Made by a program: the position numbers and the translations under genes. A DNA stretch of 64,000 nt from a virus. Location of the stretch: the IMG/VR virus record IMGVR_UViG_3300042691_036206, positions 2,655-66,654 of that record. The stretch is one strand, 5' to 3'. Under the pieces are notes generated by a model that searched no databases, was not told where the DNA came from, and saw only the letters and a list, made by a program, of their open reading frames with translations. The first letter of the stretch is position 1. Each line of letters starts with the position of its first letter. Below, in pieces: positions 34,551-43,850 of the stretch.

Positions 34551-35270
34551 TCAGGACTTTGCCTTGCTGACACGCTCGTAAAGGATTCCCGCAAGGCGAC
34601 TCATTGCGTCATCAGCGTACTTATCGGCCTCCTCGCCGCCGCCGTTGTATCGCCGGAACACCTCGCGGATACGGACCGTTGGATCCTTAATCCCGTCGAT
34701 CTCCTTGGACTTTTGCTGCACGATAAGAGCCGAGCACCGAGCGGCCGTCCACACGTCGTACAGACGGCTCCAGTGGAGGTTGCAATAGTCTTTTGCGGAA
34801 TAGCCCATGACGTGAAAGACGCCGTGACTCGATGCGATCATTCGCAATTCATTGGTGGAGGTCGTGCGGTATTTCTTATTGTTCCTCAATTCTTCGAACT
34901 TCTTCGCTTCAAATGCGTAAAGGCTATTCTGATCCCCGCCGCGGCTTTCCTTCTCCGCTAAGACCATCAGGATTAGAGGGTCTACATCGAACTCCTTCGC
35001 GGTCTTAACAATGATGTCCCCAAGCGTGGCATCATCCACTTCACGGTACTCCGTGATCGTCTTCACGACCGTGACTTTCTCCAGCAGCGCGTCCCTCGCT
35101 CGCATGGCATGCACCGATGCAACTTCAAAGGCAAGATCGACAAGACGAGAAACGCAGAGGCAGATACACAAGAAGAAAGTAAGTTTTAGGCCGAAGATGA
35201 TCAGCTTGAACTTTCGTGCGTGGCGTTGTGATTTGTTTTTTTCTGTGGCTTCCATGACGTGTTTTTCCAT
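34551..35270 (-). CDS. lytic transglycosylase (SLT-like) with N-terminal TM segment
   Basis: AKEFDVDPLILMVLAEKESRGG, SSHGVFHVMG, RRYNGG. Confidence 0.75.
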   Translation of the reverse strand: MEKHVMEATEKNKSQRHARKFKLIIFGLKLTFFLCICLCVSRLVDLAFEVASVHAMRARDALLEKVTVVKTITEYREVDDATLGDIIVKTAKEFDVDPLILMVLAEKESRGGDQNSLYAFEAKKFEELRNNKKYRTTSTNELRMIASSHGVFHVMGYSAKDYCNLHWSRLYDVWTAARCSALIVQQKSKEIDGIKDPTVRIREVFRRYNGGGEEADKYADDAMSRLAGILYERVSKAKS

Positions 35271-35301
35271 ACGGCGGGCCCGAAGGCCCGCCTTTTAGGC
35301 G

Positions 35302-35535
35302 TTAGTATTTTCGTCGGCTCGATGCAGGCACCATTCGCTCGTCCCCATCTTCCGGGCCGTAGTCATTAGCAAGGCGCGTCTGAACCCGGTCGTCTCTACC
35401 TGTCCTGCCATGCCATCCCGTCTCGACCTTGAAACTGCACCCACTCATCGCAAGCCCCACCAGGGCGAGCACCGCCCCGAGAAAACCATAACTAATCGTG
35501 GTCTTCTTCGCTGAATCGTTCCTGTATTCCTTCAT
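35302..35535 (-). CDS. small lipoprotein
   Basis: Hydrophobic stretch followed by the lipobox-like AMSGC. Confidence 0.6.
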   Translation of the reverse strand: MKEYRNDSAKKTTISYGFLGAVLALVGLAMSGCSFKVETGWHGRTGRDDRVQTRLANDYGPEDGDERMVPASSRRKY

Positions 35536-35545
35536 AACCTTCCTT

Positions 35546-35773
35546 TTATTGCTTAACCTTAGTTGACATTTCTACGCGCCGATGCACGGTGAGAATCGTA
35601 TCCGCGACCTTGAACGCTCTGAGGCCGGCCCGGTGCCAGCCCTCGAAATCGTAGTCCGGAAAGTCCTTCATCGTGAACCCGTCGATAGAGAGAAGCTCCT
35701 CGACTCGCTTTTTCCATTCCGGGTAGGTGATTCGGAAAAGCCGAACCTTTGCTACCTCTGCACTGTTTCCCAT
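35546..35773 (-). CDS. hypothetical protein
   Basis: GGAGG RBS; downstream of a TTGACAC promoter. Confidence 0.6.
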   Translation of the reverse strand: MGNSAEVAKVRLFRITYPEWKKRVEELLSIDGFTMKDFPDYDFEGWHRAGLRAFKVADTILTVHRRVEMSTKVKQ

Positions 35774-35830
35774 GTTGCCTCCCTGCTGTTGTCAATGATG
35801 CGCGTCAATACGCATCAGTCAGTCAGAGGT

Positions 35831-35860
35831 ATGATTCGTCAGTATGCTATTTTGTGTCAA
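35831..35860 (-). promoter_or_regulatory. promoter related to the repeated early motif
   Basis: TTGACA-CAAAATAGCATACTGACG-AATCAT, 18-nt spacer. Confidence 0.5.
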
Positions 35861-35924
35861 CGATTATTGACGAGATCGGCAAAGAAAGTTGTAAGCGTGC
35901 GGAATGACGCGAGAAAAAACGGCG

Positions 35925-36215
35925 TTATTTCGCGTCTGGGAGCTTGGCCTTGACGTACTTACGGGCCAGGCCGACCGTCAGGAAGCCATAACCGAGAGAT
36001 TCCAACGCGCCTTTCACGCTATCGAGCCCCTGCGAGATCGCATCACGAGCGGCGATGATGGTGACCTGATACTCAGGAAAGAGCGGCGCGATGAGATTCA
36101 GGAAGTCAGCGAAGTAGGCGATGGCGAGAAGAACGCCACCAATCAAACTTTTGTAGCCATCTAAAAACGCTCCCAGCCGCGTCATCGAAAGTAGGTAGTG
36201 AAGTGCTTTTGCCAT
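35925..36215 (-). CDS. holin-like membrane protein
   Basis: LDGYKSLIGG TM1, second TM segment, basic C-terminus; end of the lysis cassette. Confidence 0.6.
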   Translation of the reverse strand: MAKALHYLLSMTRLGAFLDGYKSLIGGVLLAIAYFADFLNLIAPLFPEYQVTIIAARDAISQGLDSVKGALESLGYGFLTVGLARKYVKAKLPDAK

Positions 36216-36266
36216 GCGCCGAGTCTATCACGCTGACGAAGTAGGCCGCTATAAGGCAGTTGTTGT

Positions 36267-36285
36267 GTATCTCATTGTGAGATAC
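36267..36285. promoter_or_regulatory. palindromic operator upstream of the RHH gene
   Basis: GTATCTCA-TTG-TGAGATAC perfect 8-bp inverted repeat. Confidence 0.6.
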
Positions 36286-36295
36286 CATCGGAGGC

Positions 36296-36502
36296 ATGAA
36301 AAAAAAGTGGATGAGTTTTCGAGTGAGTAGTCGCGGGGTTGAATGCCTTGACGATCTGTCGCACTCACTAGGGTTATCAAAAACTAGCGTGTTAGAACTC
36401 GCACTTCGGCAACTTTGGAAAACTAATGGCATCGAAACACAAGGACTTACTCGGGAAAAGATTCGGCCGACTTGTAGTGACAACAAAAGAGCCAATTCGT
36501 AA
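36296..36502 (+). CDS. CopG-like RHH protein
   Basis: MSFRVS....ECLDDLSHSLGLSKTSVLELALR; GGAGG RBS. Confidence 0.65.
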   Translation: MKKKWMSFRVSSRGVECLDDLSHSLGLSKTSVLELALRQLWKTNGIETQGLTREKIRPTCSDNKRANS

Positions 36503-37247
36503 GTGGAGATCGTACCTCTGGGGCTGTACGTGCGACTGCGGGACAACGAAATTCGTTTATGCCTCCACGTTAATTCAAGGAACAACTCGATCCTGCGGAT
36601 GTCTTCGAAGGGTAGTGGCAGGAAGGAAACGCCTTGATCTTCGCGGACATCGCTTCGGAAAACTGTTCGTCGTGGAGGTTACCGACATTCGTAGGGGTTC
36701 GGCAGTCGTATGGAAATGCAAATGCGATTGCGGACGCGAGACCCTTGTCGGGGCTGGGCAACTAACGCTTGGCTTAACAAAATCATGCGGATGTTATCGT
36801 AGGGACAAAGCTCGGGAAAAAGCCATTCATGGAATGGCAGACACTCCCGAATACCGTGCCTGGATTGCAATGCGTCGAAGATGTCAGATTCCAACAGAGC
36901 AAAATTACGGCAATTACGGGGGAAGGGGGATAACTGTTTGCGATGAATGGTCGAAGTCTTTTGTGGACTTCTATGCCCACGTAGGCTCTCGCCCCTCCCC
37001 AGAACACTCGCTCCACCGGATTAATAACGATGGCAACTACGAACCGGGAAATGTGAAATGGGGTACATCTCAGGAGCAACAGAACGCCCGCCGATGTACT
37101 ATTTATCTCACCTTAGACGGGCAACGGCGCACTGCGATGGAATGGTCTCGTCACCTTGGGGTGTCGCACCATGTAATTACAAACCGGGCGTGGCGATATA
37201 CGACAACAGCAGAGTTCTTAAAATCGTGCAGGAAGCGTATAGCGTAA
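36426..37247 (+). CDS. HNH-type homing endonuclease with two Zn-ribbon repeats
   Basis: Two DL.G.RFG.L.V...C.CDCG...SCGC repeats; YGGRGITVCDEW; SLHRINNDGNYEPGNVKW. Confidence 0.88.
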   Translation: MASKHKDLLGKRFGRLVVTTKEPIRKWRSYLWGCTCDCGTTKFVYASTLIQGTTRSCGCLRRVVAGRKRLDLRGHRFGKLFVVEVTDIRRGSAVVWKCKCDCGRETLVGAGQLTLGLTKSCGCYRRDKAREKAIHGMADTPEYRAWIAMRRRCQIPTEQNYGNYGGRGITVCDEWSKSFVDFYAHVGSRPSPEHSLHRINNDGNYEPGNVKWGTSQEQQNARRCTIYLTLDGQRRTAMEWSRHLGVSHHVITNRAWRYTTTAEFLKSCRKRIA

Positions 37248-37248
37248 A

Positions 37249-37443
37249 TCAAAACACCCACGTCGACCAAAGAAGCACACCCTTACCGTCCCGGCAAAAG
37301 CCTCGCTCCCAGTATCCGTTCCCGTAGTCTTCAGCTTCTCGGCATTCGCCCGGCTTATGGTCCCAGGCCCAGAACGAAACAGACGCCCCGCACCCCGCCA
37401 GGAGCGCCAAGACGGGCACCAGTAGCCTAACGAAACGAACCAT
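37249..37443 (-). CDS. small lipoprotein (possible spanin-like)
   Basis: MVRFVRLLVPVLALLAGC lipobox. Confidence 0.55.
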   Translation of the reverse strand: MVRFVRLLVPVLALLAGCGASVSFWAWDHKPGECREAEDYGNGYWERGFCRDGKGVLLWSTWVF

Positions 37444-38623
37444 GACGATACGCCGGATGGAAGGGGCCGAAGCACCTACCGCCTTCCTTGAGGACGACGT
37501 AGGGCGAGCCAGACAGCTTTTCAGCTTTCTCTGCCATCTCGATCCCGTAGAGGTTGACGCCGAGTCCGGAATAGTACCGGAACGTGCCGCCCTCAAAAGG
37601 CCCATAGTATTCCAAGGCCCCAATCGGCAGAGCTCCGACCGCCGTGAAGGCGTTGACGGCTTCCCCGTGAAATGGCGTGATCCAAAGCGGCTTGTTCGCC
37701 CGAATATCCCCCGTGCCCTTGTCCTCGGCACTCGTTTTAAAAAGCCTCGGTGGAAGTATGCCACCCGTGCAGCCATCGATCAGTGGCGAGTACGGCAGCG
37801 GCTCTGCGTATCTTAAAAGCGTCCTGAGCTGCTCAGTAGTCGCCACCCGCTTGCGTTTACGAGGGTCGATGAACGGCCCATCGCCGAGACGCAGATTGTA
37901 AACCAGGCCCCAGATGTAATGTCGGCACTCACCATTGCTCGCCAGGAAGGCGGGAATGTTCGAGTCGAAAGCATCGTTACCGTCCAGCGACACACTGCAC
38001 GGCGCTTTCAGTCCCCGAACTGCCGTGCCGTGACGCTCGATCTTAAAAGCCCCCGAGCTTCGAACACCGCCGACAGGATTCTCGACAATGACCGCCCGAG
38101 GGCAGTGCTGGGCAATGACCGCCGCTTGTTTGCGAAACGCACGGGAACTGAGGTTGTGCTCTAACGTTGGCGAGAACTCGATCGCCACATTGGGATAATT
38201 CGCGAAGAAGTCGCAGTAGAGCCGCACGCGGTCCCGAAGATGGCGCCGGAGCTTGCCGCCGCCGCTTTCCCACATCGCGTTAAATGCTGCGATGGTCATA
38301 CCGAAATACGGCTCGTAGCGACCGCAATTTCCCCCGCGAATGCATGGGCCGTTGAAGAAATCAACCTGCCAGTCCGTCACCTTCCCGGAATCAAGAATCT
38401 TCTTGAGATTGGTCAGCCGAGTCGCAAATGTCCAATCAAGATGACTGCCGCAGAATTTCTCTGGTAGGAGCGGAACAAGATCATCGACCGGGAACTTCTC
38501 GCTCAGGAGGCCAATGATGTCCTGGCAGACGGGAGGAGGTTCCTGCCCCTCGCTGGCCTTCGTGAATCCGAGGATGCAGCCAATTAGAAACGGTACCAGG
38601 AACCAGCGAAAGAAATCACGCAT
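37427..38623 (-). CDS. secreted protein of unknown function (398 aa)
   Basis: Signal peptide MRDFFRWFLVPFLIGCILGFTKA; start overlaps the lysozyme stop; GAGGAG RBS. Confidence 0.65.
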   Translation of the reverse strand: MRDFFRWFLVPFLIGCILGFTKASEGQEPPPVCQDIIGLLSEKFPVDDLVPLLPEKFCGSHLDWTFATRLTNLKKILDSGKVTDWQVDFFNGPCIRGGNCGRYEPYFGMTIAAFNAMWESGGGKLRRHLRDRVRLYCDFFANYPNVAIEFSPTLEHNLSSRAFRKQAAVIAQHCPRAVIVENPVGGVRSSGAFKIERHGTAVRGLKAPCSVSLDGNDAFDSNIPAFLASNGECRHYIWGLVYNLRLGDGPFIDPRKRKRVATTEQLRTLLRYAEPLPYSPLIDGCTGGILPPRLFKTSAEDKGTGDIRANKPLWITPFHGEAVNAFTAVGALPIGALEYYGPFEGGTFRYYSGLGVNLYGIEMAEKAEKLSGSPYVVLKEGGRCFGPFHPAYRHGSFR

Positions 38624-39095
38624 AAGGCCACTCCTCTCGAACGATGAGAGACAAGACCCGCTCTGCCCGTGACCCAACCTGGCCGAACCATTTCGAGCCG
38701 CGAAGATGGGCCTCAACCGCGGGCCAGTTTTCGCGTTTCGCGAACTGCAAAGTGTTGTGAAAAGCGAGAAGCCTTGCCTTGCCGAGATTAAAGGCGAGGT
38801 TGCACCAGCCGAGTTGTCGATGGAGAGACCACCGGTTGAAGAGTGCGGCACCGAAGATCTCCTCACAGTCTTTGCGAGCCCTTCTGAAATCTTCCTCAAG
38901 CCATGCCATCGCCGTTTCGCGAGAGATGCCGACCGTTCGGTACCAGAGCAGCTTCGTTCCAGTAATACCCCTGGCGGAGAGGTTTCGACCAACGCCAATC
39001 GTCCAGAGACCGACCGAATCCTTGTAGGCTTTGAGGCGCAGCCCTTCGTCTCTTACGAGCATGACCTGATGTTTCATGGCAGGCGTCGGCGTCAT
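38616..39095 (-). CDS. endolysin, T4-type/GH24 lysozyme
   Basis: DEGLRLKAYKDSVGLWTIGVGRNL (E-8-D-5-T triad), AFNLG, SKWFGQVGSRA. Confidence 0.9.
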   Translation of the reverse strand: MTPTPAMKHQVMLVRDEGLRLKAYKDSVGLWTIGVGRNLSARGITGTKLLWYRTVGISRETAMAWLEEDFRRARKDCEEIFGAALFNRWSLHRQLGWCNLAFNLGKARLLAFHNTLQFAKRENWPAVEAHLRGSKWFGQVGSRAERVLSLIVREEWPYA

Positions 39096-39107
39096 TCTCC
39101 TCCGAAG

Positions 39108-39383
39108 TTAAGGACGGGCGTGTGTTTCTTGCAGTAGCCGGTCGATCTTCTGCTCGATGCGCTCGAAGCGGCTGTCAACCCGGTCGAGGAGCTTGGTCTG
39201 CCCCTCGTCATGGGCCGTCAGGGCCGATTGCTGCTGGGAAAGGACCGTGACATCATGCCGCAGATCGTTGATGGAGCCCGTCAGAACGGAGAGCCAGAAG
39301 CCGCCGATAAGCGAGAACACACTGAAAACCGCACCGAGGATCCAACGAAATGTATCCCCGTCGACTTTGCCCGCCATCATCAC
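39108..39383 (-). CDS. TM + coiled-coil protein (holin/antiholin-like)
   Basis: Single TM then RFERIEQKIDRLL; directly upstream of the endolysin. Confidence 0.65.
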   Translation of the reverse strand: MMMAGKVDGDTFRWILGAVFSVFSLIGGFWLSVLTGSINDLRHDVTVLSQQQSALTAHDEGQTKLLDRVDSRFERIEQKIDRLLQETHARP

Positions 39384-39466
39384 CGCCGCAATTCCCCCAT
39401 GAGTCCGCTATACGGGACAAGGGTACCACGGAGGGTTTGGGGGGTGCATCGTAGAAAAGACCGGGG

Positions 39467-39799
39467 CTAGGCATCGACGACGTTCAAATTGCACTCGGCA
39501 ATGAGCGTTTGTGCCGGGGAGGAGGTGGTGCTGCAAGAGACAGTAATCTGATACGGCGTGCCCACCGTGCCGCTTGAAACACGGAATTGAACCGCTCGCC
39601 CCTCGGCGACCGAAACTCCGTTAATGGTCAATGCGCCTACATTTACCTTTACGTTGTCGATCGTTAGGCCAGATGGTGCGGACGTGACAGTCGGCGTGCC
39701 CGTAAGCTCTTCGGCGACCTCAAGAAGATCGTCGAAAGAAACGGCAGCGTTTTGAGCCGCGAGCGGATGCTTTGAATGAACTTGCGGTGCTTTAGCCAT
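39467..39799 (-). CDS. fibre-tail adaptor-like beta protein
   Basis: KHP......VSFDDLL...RVSSGTVGTPYQITVSCSTT; overlaps the end of the repeat protein. Confidence 0.6.
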   Translation of the reverse strand: MAKAPQVHSKHPLAAQNAAVSFDDLLEVAEELTGTPTVTSAPSGLTIDNVKVNVGALTINGVSVAEGRAVQFRVSSGTVGTPYQITVSCSTTSSPAQTLIAECNLNVVDA

Positions 39800-42590
39800 T
39801 GCCCCTCGGGGTCCAGTGTAACCGATGTCCGGCCTTAAAGAGTAGAGGAGAACCGCCACGCGGTGCGTATTCGAGCCGGTTTCTGGTCTGATAGTGCAGC
39901 CAAAGCGGAAGCGGGGCCCAGTGGAGGAAGTTGCCGCCGAGCGGGGCCCAGTCAAGCGAGCTACTGCTGAGAGGAATCCCGACAAAGGAGGCGTAATCGT
40001 CGGCACCAGTCAATAACTCATCGAGCAAGCCCTCGAAGGTTGCCGACACACTCGGCTGCTCGTCGCTTGCGATCTGGTCGTCAGCTATCGAGGCCACAAG
40101 CGTAGCTAGGGCCGTAAAGGCACCCGCAACCGTTCCCGCCTCAAGGACAGCGAGAACCATGTGGCTTTGGCACGCGATGGACTCGCCCGCGCTGGCCGAC
40201 TCCGAGCAGGTGCTCGACATGCTGTTTGCGGCCGTCTGTGCCGCAGCAATGGTGAGGGTTTCCGAAAGGGGAGCACTTGCAGTCATTGCGGCCGAGAGGC
40301 TTTCCGCAATCGTAGCGCCTTCCGACAATGCAGGTACTGCCGTCAACGCCACCGCAAGGGCATCACCCACGGAGGCACTATCGGAATACGAGACGTTATA
40401 GACTTGAGCGCCGCCGTCTGTAACATCATCCGCCGCCGTCACGCTCTCGGTCAATGGAGCCGCAAAGGTCGCAACCGCTGCTAGTGTCTCTGCCCCAGAT
40501 ACGGCCCCGGAGACTGTCGCTGAAGCCGTGAGAGCCGCCGCGATAGACTCGCCAGATGCGACGATTTCAGTCACTGCCCCAGATGTCGTAAACGCCGGGA
40601 TAACTGATTCCGTTGCAGTGGTAGATTCCGAGTTGGTGACAACGCAATTGGCGGCAACTGCCAGAGTGTCGGCACCGGTTAACGTGTAGGAAATCGGATC
40701 AATAAAGATCAAACCACTCGTGAACTGATCGCCAGAGGTTACAGCATCGGAGAAGGTAGCCACGAACGTTGTAGCGTTGGCGACAGACTCGATTACAGTG
40801 ACTGTTTCGGTCCCCGTGGCGTTGAATGTTACGGCTGCGGAAAGATTCTCCGCCGCAGTGCCCGACTCGCTAAACGTGCTAGTGATTAAGAGGCCCGCCG
40901 ATAACGACTCTGCCGCAGTCCCAGATTCCGAGAGTGTCGGGGCGAGCGTTGCTACTACCGCAAGGCTTTCAGCCCCTGCTACTGACTCCGAGAAAGTCGG
41001 AATAAACGTTGCCGTTGCTGCGAGGGATTCCGCACCTGTCACAGGCTCAGAGATCGTCAGGACGAGTGTCGCCGAAACTGAGAGGCTTTCCGCTACAGTG
41101 CCCGCCTCACTTATGATCACCGGCATCGTCAGTGCAGGCACCATGGACTCCGCACCCGTGACCGAATCTGAGGATGTCGGGACGAACGTGGCAGAGGCGG
41201 CGAGGTTTTCAGCCCCTGTTACTGGCTCCGACAATGTCGTCACCGCCGTGACGACGGCCGCGAGCGACTCTGCACCCGTGAGGGGTTCCGTGACCGTCGA
41301 CGAAAGGAGAAGTCCGCCGCTCGTGCTCTCCGCCGCCGTGACTGGCTCGCTCAGCGTCGTAACGAAAGTGGCAGCAGCCGCGTTGCTCTCGGCACCCGCT
41401 ACCGACTCGCTACACGTAGGGGCAACCGTCGCCACAACAGCCTGACTCTCAGCACCGGTAACGGATTCCGTCAGGGTATCGTTATAAACGTTTCCGGTTG
41501 ACGGCACGTAATCCACGGACAGAATCATCGTCGTACACCGGACGGTCGTGATAGACGCGGTGTCGATCACTCCGGCCTCGATGCCATCTAGATCCGAAGT
41601 CGTCCAGGCAGAGGAATCAGCCGGGTCGGTACCGAGACACCGACCTTGCCATACATATGAAGTCGATCCGTTCCTGGTGCTACTATCAGAGTTCGTTGAG
41701 CCCGATCGAATTCTGACGCCCGACGCTGACGTGCTGTTCGAGCTTTCGCGAATGCGGGCCATGAACTTCACGGCGTTAATCGTGCCGCTGATTCCAGCTG
41801 AACTTGAACTCTCGAAAGCTACAAGATGCGTCTGCGAAGCGGCCGATGACTTTTGAATGTAATCGGTGTCCGTGTTGGTCGGTATTTCATCGACATCGGT
41901 GTAGTCACCAGTTCCCGCACCTCCGGCACCCACGGTCCATTGGGCCGTGCTGCCTTCTCCGTTTGGCAGCATGACCTTGCATTCACCGATTCCCGGATAT
42001 GCCGCATCATCGAGGTAGACATCGTCGAAGTAGTATTCGATGGCCCAGCCATCCGTATTGACCGCCTTCCCGATTCGGAGCTTCGCGTTGTTATTCGTGC
42101 CCAGATCGCCCGTACCAGAAACTTCCGACGTGCCGTCGATCTTGAGTTCGTAATTGGCCGACGCGCCCGTGCCGCAGCGGAACTCAATCCGATACCACGT
42201 GTTTGCTGTAAGTGTCGTACTTCCCGTCGCGAGAACTCCCGCCGCGTTTCTGTAGGTCAGCACGCCGGTTGAGGTAAGCGCGATAGCTCCTTTGACTGTG
42301 TTTCCGCTATCGAGAGATGCCGCGATGATCTCGGACCCCGAGCCGGCCTTAGTCGCGTATTGAAAATAGAAGCGATGGTAGACGGTGGCAACGCTGTAGA
42401 CAGCGAACGTTCCATCAGCAGCATATCCGGTTAATTCACCGTAGGTGGCCGCGTTCGCGGTGGCCGAAAGAATTTTTAGGCCGTATCCGCCGGTTCGCTT
42501 TGTCGTGCTCTGAACCGTCGTGCCGCCAGCGGTGGCATTCAACTCAGAGGTATCGCCGTGCTCGAAGCCCGTAAAAGCAACTACAGCCAT
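39792..42590 (-). CDS. virion fibre protein: N-terminal lectin-like domains plus about 25 tandem 20-aa repeats
   Basis: WYRIEF...ELKIDG...YFDDVYLD LamG-like region; repeat T.SE.VTGAESLA..AT. Confidence 0.75.
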   Translation of the reverse strand: MAVVAFTGFEHGDTSELNATAGGTTVQSTTKRTGGYGLKILSATANAATYGELTGYAADGTFAVYSVATVYHRFYFQYATKAGSGSEIIAASLDSGNTVKGAIALTSTGVLTYRNAAGVLATGSTTLTANTWYRIEFRCGTGASANYELKIDGTSEVSGTGDLGTNNNAKLRIGKAVNTDGWAIEYYFDDVYLDDAAYPGIGECKVMLPNGEGSTAQWTVGAGGAGTGDYTDVDEIPTNTDTDYIQKSSAASQTHLVAFESSSSAGISGTINAVKFMARIRESSNSTSASGVRIRSGSTNSDSSTRNGSTSYVWQGRCLGTDPADSSAWTTSDLDGIEAGVIDTASITTVRCTTMILSVDYVPSTGNVYNDTLTESVTGAESQAVVATVAPTCSESVAGAESNAAAATFVTTLSEPVTAAESTSGGLLLSSTVTEPLTGAESLAAVVTAVTTLSEPVTGAENLAASATFVPTSSDSVTGAESMVPALTMPVIISEAGTVAESLSVSATLVLTISEPVTGAESLAATATFIPTFSESVAGAESLAVVATLAPTLSESGTAAESLSAGLLITSTFSESGTAAENLSAAVTFNATGTETVTVIESVANATTFVATFSDAVTSGDQFTSGLIFIDPISYTLTGADTLAVAANCVVTNSESTTATESVIPAFTTSGAVTEIVASGESIAAALTASATVSGAVSGAETLAAVATFAAPLTESVTAADDVTDGGAQVYNVSYSDSASVGDALAVALTAVPALSEGATIAESLSAAMTASAPLSETLTIAAAQTAANSMSSTCSESASAGESIACQSHMVLAVLEAGTVAGAFTALATLVASIADDQIASDEQPSVSATFEGLLDELLTGADDYASFVGIPLSSSSLDWAPLGGNFLHWAPLPLWLHYQTRNRLEYAPRGGSPLLFKAGHRLHWTPRGNG

Positions 42591-42656
42591 AGAACCTCAG
42601 GCAACGGGAAAGGACTTTGATGGGATGCCCGAGGGAGGCTCATTTGCCTCCGCTTG

Positions 42657-43205
42657 TTAGCTCACGCTGAGAGTAGGGGTAACGTTCAAGGTATCGCCTG
42701 AAGCAACCGAGCGACTCGCCGCGAAATCTCCGGCAGAGTACAAAGTGCCCGACGTGCCGGTGTTAACCGAGGACACGAACGCACCTGCAACCGTCTGCGT
42801 GGCGTTGATGGAGATTGAAACGGCCGTTGCGGTGTTGGACCCGGAAGACGTTGTTCCCCAAGTGATTGCAGGCCGGTTACCGGCATATGGGGTAACTTCG
42901 GACCAGCCCGCGTGGGAAGCGAGGGTGTCGCCCACTGCCGCTGAACCGGTGCCTTTGAGGCCAAGATACCACGCGGCGGTGTAAGCAGATCCCTTCAGGT
43001 ACTTGTCGACAATATCGGTCTTTCCTGCCGTGGTGACGAGGTTGTGGAATTCCTCAGACCACTTCAAAACCCCGTCCGGGCCGACACAATCGACGCGGTA
43101 GGTAATGCTTGGGGCTTCAATGCCTTCGGGGGAGAGACCTGAAGACGCGATCAACCCAGCATCAATTCGAGAGGATAAGGCAGCATTTTCATTCATACGC
43201 TTCAA
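42657..43205 (-). CDS. tail/fibre structural protein
   Basis: NLVTTAGK...WYLGL...GTLYSAGDF..SRSVASGDTLNVT, typical small beta-rich fibre subunit. Confidence 0.7.
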   Translation of the reverse strand: MKRMNENAALSSRIDAGLIASSGLSPEGIEAPSITYRVDCVGPDGVLKWSEEFHNLVTTAGKTDIVDKYLKGSAYTAAWYLGLKGTGSAAVGDTLASHAGWSEVTPYAGNRPAITWGTTSSGSNTATAVSISINATQTVAGAFVSSVNTGTSGTLYSAGDFAASRSVASGDTLNVTPTLSVS

Positions 43206-43289
43206 AGCAGGATAGAAATTATGCCGCCATCATAACCCCGCCCGAAGGCGGGACGCTATAGGGCAAGTTTAGGCTTCAATAACGACCAC

Positions 43290-43838
43290 CTATGCGGTAA
43301 TGAAGAAGCCACTCACCCAGATGATGCGGCCGGTGCTCAAGGCGAAGTTACTACCATCGGCCTTCCTTACCCTGAATTTTGTTGTAGACGAAGATATGCA
43401 CGCCCCTGGTGCAGCGGACCCACCATCGGCGTACCACGCTGTAAGAACTTGTTGACTGACTTGGGTCAAAGGCGATGCAAACTCTATCTCATTCGATGCT
43501 GACCCGCTTGTCGTTCCGGTGTCTACAATGTGAAAGAAGCATAGCTTGCCCATGCGGATATAGTTCGCATAGCTGAGCGAAGTCGAGGTGAAAGTCATAC
43601 CGCCGACTGCCGTATAGGTCGGAGTAAAGGAGGTGACTGCGGTCGGCAAGGCGTTCACCCAGGACGACCCGTTCCAAGAATCCAGAATCTTGTTCGTTGA
43701 GTCGTATCGCACGGTACCCGTCGGAATATTCGTATCCGAGGAGAAGTCCATCTTTGCACACGAGGAGATCTTGCCGTTCAACGCTGTCAGCACGGCGGTA
43801 TAGAGAGATGAGTTTGTCGGGGTGTTAAAGTCAGTCAT
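43290..43838 (-). CDS. minor tail / receptor-binding protein
   Basis: SFTPT...YIRMGKLCFFHI C-terminal domain; follows the tail tip gene. Confidence 0.65.
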   Translation of the reverse strand: MTDFNTPTNSSLYTAVLTALNGKISSCAKMDFSSDTNIPTGTVRYDSTNKILDSWNGSSWVNALPTAVTSFTPTYTAVGGMTFTSTSLSYANYIRMGKLCFFHIVDTGTTSGSASNEIEFASPLTQVSQQVLTAWYADGGSAAPGACISSSTTKFRVRKADGSNFALSTGRIIWVSGFFITA

Positions 43839-43850
43839 ATTCCTCCAGTC

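Noticed and set aside
33992-34594. Short ORFs 33992..34432, 34242..34466 and 34394..34594
   Set aside because: No clear RBS or protein-like composition; the region is better explained by RNA structure
38624-38998. N-terminal 125 aa of the 523-aa ORF 37427..38998
   Set aside because: Overlaps the lysozyme gene in another frame; a signal peptide and RBS indicate the start at 38623
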